From the IMG/VR virus record IMGVR_UViG_3300027770_000027, positions 62,001-126,000 of that record: a DNA stretch of 64,000 bases; one strand, given 5' to 3'. The notes beneath the pieces are model-generated. The model ran no database searches. It saw nothing but the letters and a program-made list of their open reading frames with translations, and was not told the DNA's origin. This document shows positions 57,355 to 64,000 of the stretch, piece by piece. A program made the position numbers and the translations under genes. The first letter of the stretch is position 1, and the number at the start of each line of letters is the position of its first letter.

Positions 57355-58782
57355 TTACAACAAATCACCTTTGGTTTCACCGGGAACTGCCCAATAAACA
57401 TTGGGATTTCCTAACAAATAATATCCGGCAGCTCCTCCAAGAGCAGAATTGCTGTCTAAGGCTCTTTCTCCAATATTTCCACCATCTGTACCTTTAGCCA
57501 AATCAGAAGCAAGAGAAGTACTAGCATCTGCATTTTGAATACGAGCATTAACATCACATAGTCCGGGTCCACCACTTCCACCAGAAGTATCTGCTCCAGG
57601 TGTAGAATCAGTTATTATGAGATTTTTGCTTTTAAATATAGCATTAACACCCCGACGACCGCCCTTTCCTCCAAATACCCCTGCTCCACCGCCGCCACCT
57701 CCACCGGTACTATTAGATCCTGTAACACCCCCGGTGCCTCCCGCGCCTCCGCCTCCGCCTCCATATATTCTTCCGTGATTTTCTATAATAGTAGGCACAA
57801 AAGCCGCTATAGCGGTGCCTCCACGAGACCCGTTATTACCCTTAACACTACCAGTATCAGGAGCATTTCCTCCATTTCCTCCAGTGCCACCAGCCCCGAT
57901 GATTAAACCATAATTGAAAATAATAACAGAATCTCCCGTTCTTAAATTTGCCAACGTCATTGCTGGAGAGTCTACAGACTTACTACCCACAATTGCAGAA
58001 GATGATATGTGTATTACCACGTCTGTTTTGCCGGCAACGTAATCTTTTCTGAGCACAACATCAGCTACATTATAATTGTTTACATTACTATTGATGTTAA
58101 TAGTAATTTGAGTACGATTTGTTTGAGAAGGGACTGTAGGTTCTATAATATTGATTAAAGTCCAAACTCCATCAGCATTAGCAAATTTTAAAATTCTTCC
58201 GTATTCAAAATGAACATCTTTGCGTCCAAAATATCCAGTTACGTATCGTTGCCAAAAAGAGAATTCCTTGTTAGTGTATGTTTGGGTTGCTAACCCGTCC
58301 ATGTTTAGGGAATCCCCTTCTCTATATGGAGTCACCGTTTGAGTATACAAAAACATACAAACATTAACCTTAGTACCAGTGGGAAAATTTTTGGTTGGGA
58401 AATTTTTATTTAAATAAAGAGTACTCAGAAATGTCAAATGTTCCACTGGATTAAACACGGTGGGTTGGATAAAATCTTGATTTACTTTTGTGCTTATATT
58501 TAATTCATATAAAACAGAAAATTCATGATGACCCCAGTGAGTAGACAGCAAACTAACAGTGGTACTAGCTGTATTATACCTCCCAACATTTCCGTATAAA
58601 AATACAGTGTCCATTTGTTCTGAGAAAGCACTTAATGCTAGCAGAGAGGTGTCTGTGTTAAAAAATTGAGAAGATATATTACATACTTTAGTTTCTAAAC
58701 TTAAAGCATTAAAATTGTGTTTACCAACATCATTGCCTACACAATCTTCTTCAAAGAGTTCAAATGTATATTGTCTTGTCAT
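57355..58782 (-). CDS. tail-fibre/adhesin protein with Gly-rich C-terminus
   Basis: GGGGGGAGG repeats as in gp38-type adhesins. Confidence 0.75.
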   Translation of the reverse strand: MTRQYTFELFEEDCVGNDVGKHNFNALSLETKVCNISSQFFNTDTSLLALSAFSEQMDTVFLYGNVGRYNTASTTVSLLSTHWGHHEFSVLYELNISTKVNQDFIQPTVFNPVEHLTFLSTLYLNKNFPTKNFPTGTKVNVCMFLYTQTVTPYREGDSLNMDGLATQTYTNKEFSFWQRYVTGYFGRKDVHFEYGRILKFANADGVWTLINIIEPTVPSQTNRTQITININSNVNNYNVADVVLRKDYVAGKTDVVIHISSSAIVGSKSVDSPAMTLANLRTGDSVIIFNYGLIIGAGGTGGNGGNAPDTGSVKGNNGSRGGTAIAAFVPTIIENHGRIYGGGGGGAGGTGGVTGSNSTGGGGGGGAGVFGGKGGRRGVNAIFKSKNLIITDSTPGADTSGGSGGPGLCDVNARIQNADASTSLASDLAKGTDGGNIGERALDSNSALGGAAGYYLLGNPNVYWAVPGETKGDLL

Positions 58783-58787
58783 AAAGA

Positions 58788-59690
58788 TTACCGAATTACA
58801 GAATCAAAGGTCCATCTACAATTTTTTACTTTAAATCTTAAGCCGTTAATTGTGGGGTGTTCTCTGGTGTCGTTATATTTTATGTATAATGTAGCTTGTA
58901 TGGACGAAAACGCTTTATTTCCATCTGTACCATATTCTGTTATTATTTCTGGTGGAGGATTGGTTACAATTGTGTTGTAATTGGCATCTACAGTTATTAT
59001 CGATGGTTTGGCTATAGATCGTGTATAATACCCGTCATCCATTATATAAGGAGTAAACGGATATGTGTTGTAATAACACTCTGTACTAGCAGTTTGAGGA
59101 CAAGTTGTATATTGACCATCACAGGACATGTCACCATTACTACAAAAAGCTACTCCAAACAGATCTGTGCGGCAATTAGCATACGCTGTTACGTCTGCAG
59201 TTGTACAGGTGGTCCGATCTATTAAAACTTCAGTTCTATCTATAGCAGTTGATAATTGTGGATCTGAGTAAAAATTGTATATAACAGCCACTTGATTTTC
59301 AACATAAATAGGATCTCTTAAAAAGTCTGAAGTTACTGGAAAATAGTTATTAAGCCAAGTGTCTACCACATCTCTAATGTCGGCAACACCAGTACCCAAT
59401 GGAAAAATTCCGGGATAATACAAAGATAATGGGGTCAACCATTTAGCACTATTTAATTCCACAGTACTTGACATACTGATCCACTTGGCACTGTTTTGTT
59501 GAGCCAATGTATAAGATGTCCTCCATTCTTCTTGACGTTCTGTAAAAAGATCTAATAGAGGAGCCCACATTCTAACGGCACTGGATTGTACAGATGTTGT
59601 CCATTTATCTAAATCTAAATAAGATTGATTTATCGTTGCCAGAGTATCCCCTATGGCTAATGATGTGTCTATGAGATTGATATTACGCAT
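58788..59690 (-). CDS. structural protein, paralog of its neighbours
   Basis: LID....IGD.L..IN N-terminus; Cys-rich insert. Confidence 0.75.
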   Translation of the reverse strand: MRNINLIDTSLAIGDTLATINQSYLDLDKWTTSVQSSAVRMWAPLLDLFTERQEEWRTSYTLAQQNSAKWISMSSTVELNSAKWLTPLSLYYPGIFPLGTGVADIRDVVDTWLNNYFPVTSDFLRDPIYVENQVAVIYNFYSDPQLSTAIDRTEVLIDRTTCTTADVTAYANCRTDLFGVAFCSNGDMSCDGQYTTCPQTASTECYYNTYPFTPYIMDDGYYTRSIAKPSIITVDANYNTIVTNPPPEIITEYGTDGNKAFSSIQATLYIKYNDTREHPTINGLRFKVKNCRWTFDSVIR

Positions 59691-59691
59691 T

Positions 59692-60519
59692 TTAGTTAAG
59701 TAGTTGCCAATTGTAATTTACATTTTTAAAACGTATTCTGCGAACATAAGCCACTGAGGTATCATATGATTTTAAATTGTATGATACCTTTAAAGTTCTT
59801 GCTCCATAACTAGGACACCCCGCATAGGATACGTGTCCCGCGTTTGAGTGAGTACAATAATCATAAGCATTGTCACAACCTCTCGAACCAGCTCGACCAC
59901 CGTGGTGATTACATCCTCGATATAACTTAATGCCTTTGTCTAAAAAACAATCTTGACACGTAATGGATGCTCCTCCATTAGATACTAAACAAGGTTCATA
60001 CAATTCTCTATAAAAATTCCAGGAGAAGGGGCGAGCTTCGAAGAAATTTACAAACAAAGAAATTACCTGGTCTAAACAATAGTTAGACGCTGGAAAATTA
60101 AGTTTTAACCAAGGAAGCCAATATGACGTAGAATATGAAAGATTTATAGTATAATCATTACTACTACCCTTAGCTGTCACAAAATCTGGTAAGCTCATTA
60201 TTGTGGGATAGTATAAAGAAAATTCTAAGCTCCAGTTGGCACTTAAGGTGTTAACAGTTGTGTAAGAATTGTTCCAATTACCGCTATATTCTTGTAGATG
60301 AGAAGCGGATGCTAACCATCTACTACTGGTTGCTTGAAATTTGGCATATATGTTATTCCAAGATGAACTACGTTTTTCTATATCAACTAATCGAGAACTT
60401 AACGCTACAAAATTATAATTGATAATATCTGCAGAATTTTTCAAACATAGATTTTCATCTATTAAATATACAGTCGAACATTCTAAATCTATTTTTTCTG
60501 GTATGGGAACGGTAGACAT
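59692..60519 (-). CDS. structural protein, paralog of its neighbours
   Basis: LIDE..C..NS...IN.NF; Cys-rich insert. Confidence 0.75.
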   Translation of the reverse strand: MSTVPIPEKIDLECSTVYLIDENLCLKNSADIINYNFVALSSRLVDIEKRSSSWNNIYAKFQATSSRWLASASHLQEYSGNWNNSYTTVNTLSANWSLEFSLYYPTIMSLPDFVTAKGSSNDYTINLSYSTSYWLPWLKLNFPASNYCLDQVISLFVNFFEARPFSWNFYRELYEPCLVSNGGASITCQDCFLDKGIKLYRGCNHHGGRAGSRGCDNAYDYCTHSNAGHVSYAGCPSYGARTLKVSYNLKSYDTSVAYVRRIRFKNVNYNWQLLN

Positions 60520-60520
60520 A

Positions 60521-63500
60521 TTATAACCAATTAATTTTATATAAAGATGTATATACTGGACTTATTTTTTCAATATTTTTTCTAATAGCATCTTCTATTA
60601 AACTTCTTACTTCTGGTGAGACTTCTAGGTTGTGAATATTAATGTTGTAATACTTGCTCTTACTTCCGGGAAGTTGCATTTGAAACCAGTGTTTAATTTC
60701 TTCTACATAGTTGCGACCACCAGATTTCATATTCCATATTAAATCCGATCTTTCATCTGAATATTTAGAGGAGAAATATAATTGTTCAACGTCGCCAGAT
60801 TGCAGAGCTTTGTTGTAAATTTTTAAATCTGAAACCTGCCCTATAAATTTATAAGCATTTTGAATTCCTATAAGATCATTTAAAGTACTATTTTTTATAG
60901 AATCTGCTCCTAACAAAAATGAAGAGCGGTATGTGTAACATAAAAATTTATTTTCCGGAATATTGACCCGATCTACTTCAACAGAATCTATATAAAATTT
61001 TGCAACATTTGAGGTAGCATCAAAAGTAAGCACAAAATGATGCCACCCACTATGCAAGGCTGCAGCATCATATGTCAATGAAAGATATTCTGGAGAATTT
61101 CCGGTAGGTTCTGCAACCTTCATTCTCCAACTTAAATTTTTGCTTTCTGCACCAAATTTGCGCAACAATTGATATCCAGTAAAGTCTCCATTTGCAGCAA
61201 ATTTAAAATTGTTAGGATTTTTTAAATTTTGTAAATTTGTTAAATCTATTCGAGATATAATATCTCCATTTAAATCCATTAATATTAATTCATTGTCTCT
61301 GGTATCTATAAGAACCAATAGATCTTTAAATTCTTGTTTTTTACAAGTCTTTATAGGAGTTTTGAGAAAATTAATATATCGATATCTTTCTGTAATTTTT
61401 TCGCAAGGATCTTCTTCCGTGCCGGCTCTTTTACCAATTCTAAATGTTGTAAAGGCTCCCTTTGGATCTAATTTAGAAATTTTATCCTGATCATGTAAAA
61501 TCCAAATATTATTTGAAGCGTCACAAGTAATTTGTTGGGTGGGTCCTACTGTTGCAAAAATAGAAGGAACCCCGTGACCAGAAGATTTACTGAATGGAGT
61601 TTTATATAAATTATTGCCCAGAGATTGCCAAATGTTTCCATTGTTATCAATAACAGAAGCATTTCCTAAAATTTCTCTTATGATAATTTTTTGACCGTGA
61701 AACTGAGCTTGTGTTTTGGGTACTCTGAACAATTCAATTCTCTTGATGTCCTGGCTAGAAAGCAAGTAATCCGCTCCTTGATAGAGTTTGCCTTCAGAAT
61801 TGAGGATAACCACTATTTGTCTATCTGGAATCAGTAGATATAACTTTAAGTCTTCATCAACTTCAATTTGGGTTACTCCATAATATTTGTCTGTTGTTCC
61901 TATTAGTCTTCCTTCAACGTCATATTTGGTACCTATCCCTGCAGTGGTATCAAATATCCAGGAACTAAAATCTGGATATCTAATAATAAACAAATTATTT
62001 GTAGAAGATTTTACTGTCGTTTGATTTATATTTGTTATTTTTAAATTATAATTTAGGTTATAACATTGACCATTAATAGAATCTACTAAAGATAAGATAG
62101 GTGCTGTATTTGCGGTATCATTTACTAACCCATAACCACTATTATAAAAATTACCAAATATTTGATATCCGTGAATATCTGCCCAGTCTTCTGTTTTTAA
62201 CCAAAGAGAAGTGGTAAAGTGAGTAGTTTCTAGTAAAGAAGTTCTAGAGGGAAACACTGCATGAGTAGTACCATCTAAATCCCAAAAAGAAGTGTCTTGA
62301 TCCTTTAGATTTTCTGAATATATTAAACCATTGTTGTGATAATCTGATTGGTCTCTCAGAGGATTAGTGTTCCACGCAGTTATTTCTAGAGTCTTAGAAC
62401 CTGTACTAGCACCTCTCACATTGTTTAAAAATGGTAAATAAGATTTACTAGTTTCTAGTCCAGCATGATAATATCTGTAAAATGCGCCAGGTTCCAAAAA
62501 CATAGTTGATGGTCTGTCTATAATAAAATTCTCCCCAGCATCAAGTCTTGAATTGTATACTTCTGTCTGGGCGGATAATGCTTGGTCTAGGGTATAATAA
62601 GCAGAATTGTAAAATCTGTCCATCCATTGTTTTGTTCCTGTGTTGGAACCGGATAACCAAGCACATAACCAGGTAGTAGAAGTTTTTGAAATACTAGCCG
62701 GCTGTAAAAACCCTGGTAACTTGTTGCTATAATCTGTTTGTTTTAAATATATGCGATCTGATATATAAGGATGATGAGAAGCAATGGCTCCATCTTCTAT
62801 AAAACCAGCATTATTTAAAAGAGTTCTTTCTGCAGTTGGCGGAAAACTAAAAAATGTTTCCCGATCTCTTTCGAATTTTTTTTCTAGAGTATGGGCTTCA
62901 TATCCGAGGTAGAGAGATTCAAGTCCGCCTCTTTGATTAGTACCTGCAAAAATGGCATCATAAGATCTATGAACCCCTTTTAATCCATCCACATAATCCG
63001 TATTAAAACTATAATTGTATTCTGGAGTTTGATAATTTTTTAATCCGTGAATATGTAAATCATATATGGCGGTATTTTCTTTAATAGTGGGAAATTCTAG
63101 AGGAAACATGCCCATATAATTTTGAGCATATAAAGCATTGCTGGTAGTCGCGTCTGGAAGCAATTCTTGTTGATAATCCAATTTATTAATTAAGTATCGA
63201 GTTAAATAACTGTCAGTTACATGGGAAGCATCTGGTAAATCTTTTTTAAATGAAACAAATTTTAAGTAAGAATCTGTTGGAAGGTTAGAACCAGCATTTA
63301 AAGCCAATTGTTGTAAATTAAATTCTGGAGAATCTAAAGATTTTTTTACTATCCAAGTATAGTTTGTATTTGGCTTAAATAAATAAATTCCTTCATCTCC
63401 TAAAATGTAAGCAAATTTTTGAGAATAGCTTTCTGGATAAATCCGAGCTTTAAAGGAAACAGATTTTGATAGGTTATTCCAGGTTAAAACAAATTTATGA

Positions 63501-64000
63501 GGAGCGTCTTTAGTACCAGCCGAAGAAGTTTGGGTTTCTACCATTACCAATTCATCTTCTGCATCTTCAAACACATGAGTATTATCTTTAGAAAATATAA
63601 AATTCAAACTGTCTTGAGATGAAAAATTTGAAGGATAACCGGTCTCGTTATATGCTGCTTTGGATGTTATGAATAATTTATTATTACCAACAACACCCTT
63701 TGCCGTATTTGCCCGGGAAGATATGCTTATTACCTTATCAAAAGGAAACCCGATAGTTGCAACCGGAGTCAAAATTTCTGATAATTCTTGTCTATCTTTT
63801 GGAGGTATAAGAGCTTCAAAAGCTGCTGAAGAATTAATCAGTGTTGTTAGAAACAATCCGGTTTTTTTGTTTATAGCAACATCTTTATAATTTTTAAGAC
63901 AATCATTGAGAATAAACTTAACCCCATACTGAAAAGTAATGGGTGTGTGTTTAAGTTGATACTGGTTGCCCGTTACATTGAAGGTAATTGGTAACCAGGG
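60521..64000 (-). CDS. large virion protein with LamG/ConA-like and beta-propeller-like segments (5' end outside the window)
   Basis: Frame open to 64000; FT.S.W.K, GWHHFVLTFD, F.G.VSDLKIYNKAL. Confidence 0.85.
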   Translation of the reverse strand, partial: PWLPITFNVTGNQYQLKHTPITFQYGVKFILNDCLKNYKDVAINKKTGLFLTTLINSSAAFEALIPPKDRQELSEILTPVATIGFPFDKVISISSRANTAKGVVGNNKLFITSKAAYNETGYPSNFSSQDSLNFIFSKDNTHVFEDAEDELVMVETQTSSAGTKDAPHKFVLTWNNLSKSVSFKARIYPESYSQKFAYILGDEGIYLFKPNTNYTWIVKKSLDSPEFNLQQLALNAGSNLPTDSYLKFVSFKKDLPDASHVTDSYLTRYLINKLDYQQELLPDATTSNALYAQNYMGMFPLEFPTIKENTAIYDLHIHGLKNYQTPEYNYSFNTDYVDGLKGVHRSYDAIFAGTNQRGGLESLYLGYEAHTLEKKFERDRETFFSFPPTAERTLLNNAGFIEDGAIASHHPYISDRIYLKQTDYSNKLPGFLQPASISKTSTTWLCAWLSGSNTGTKQWMDRFYNSAYYTLDQALSAQTEVYNSRLDAGENFIIDRPSTMFLEPGAFYRYYHAGLETSKSYLPFLNNVRGASTGSKTLEITAWNTNPLRDQSDYHNNGLIYSENLKDQDTSFWDLDGTTHAVFPSRTSLLETTHFTTSLWLKTEDWADIHGYQIFGNFYNSGYGLVNDTANTAPILSLVDSINGQCYNLNYNLKITNINQTTVKSSTNNLFIIRYPDFSSWIFDTTAGIGTKYDVEGRLIGTTDKYYGVTQIEVDEDLKLYLLIPDRQIVVILNSEGKLYQGADYLLSSQDIKRIELFRVPKTQAQFHGQKIIIREILGNASVIDNNGNIWQSLGNNLYKTPFSKSSGHGVPSIFATVGPTQQITCDASNNIWILHDQDKISKLDPKGAFTTFRIGKRAGTEEDPCEKITERYRYINFLKTPIKTCKKQEFKDLLVLIDTRDNELILMDLNGDIISRIDLTNLQNLKNPNNFKFAANGDFTGYQLLRKFGAESKNLSWRMKVAEPTGNSPEYLSLTYDAAALHSGWHHFVLTFDATSNVAKFYIDSVEVDRVNIPENKFLCYTYRSSFLLGADSIKNSTLNDLIGIQNAYKFIGQVSDLKIYNKALQSGDVEQLYFSSKYSDERSDLIWNMKSGGRNYVEEIKHWFQMQLPGSKSKYYNINIHNLEVSPEVRSLIEDAIRKNIEKISPVYTSLYKINWL

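Noticed and set aside
1-64000. Stop-codon reassignment
   Set aside because: TAA, TAG and TGA all end genes at sensible positions, long ORFs are intact, and there is no suppressor tRNA.
49100-64000. Diversity-generating retroelement targeting the tail genes
   Set aside because: No reverse transcriptase and no TR/VR pair noticed.

Overview
A 64-kb fragment of a large lytic dsDNA tailed phage with T4-like/jumbo-myovirus organisation and the standard genetic code. The host is not identifiable from sequence alone. Positions 1-48 kb are a dense array of small, mostly minus-strand accessory genes. About 40 transcription units start from a repeated 35-bp promoter module (minus strand: degenerate -35, then TTCCCC-N11-TAAGAT/TATAAT-N6), usually fused directly to a leaderless ATG(ATG). 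A second gene class follows a T4-late-like TAAATA/TAAGTA box, and many of these proteins share N-terminal peptides resembling T4 capsid-targeting and prohead-protease sites. At 31.8-35.0 kb there are 13 tRNA genes (several non-canonical) interleaved with anticodon-less tRNA-like RNAs, other structured RNAs and an antisense HNH gene. Next to them lies an RNA-repair-like set: two RNA ligases, a P-loop kinase and phosphoesterases. Other recognisable genes encode a RadA/Sms-like ATPase, an AAA ATPase, Hsp20, YopX, DUF932, a GIY-YIG-like protein and a Dps/ferritin-like protein. From 48.8 to 64 kb are large virion/tail proteins (beta-helix, VWA+Ig, Gly-rich fibre, LamG). A phased T-tract array with 10.5-bp period (4927-4994) and a sharp GC boundary near 3550 suggest a packaging, terminus or origin locus. 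All protein family calls come from recognising motifs by eye; no searches were run.
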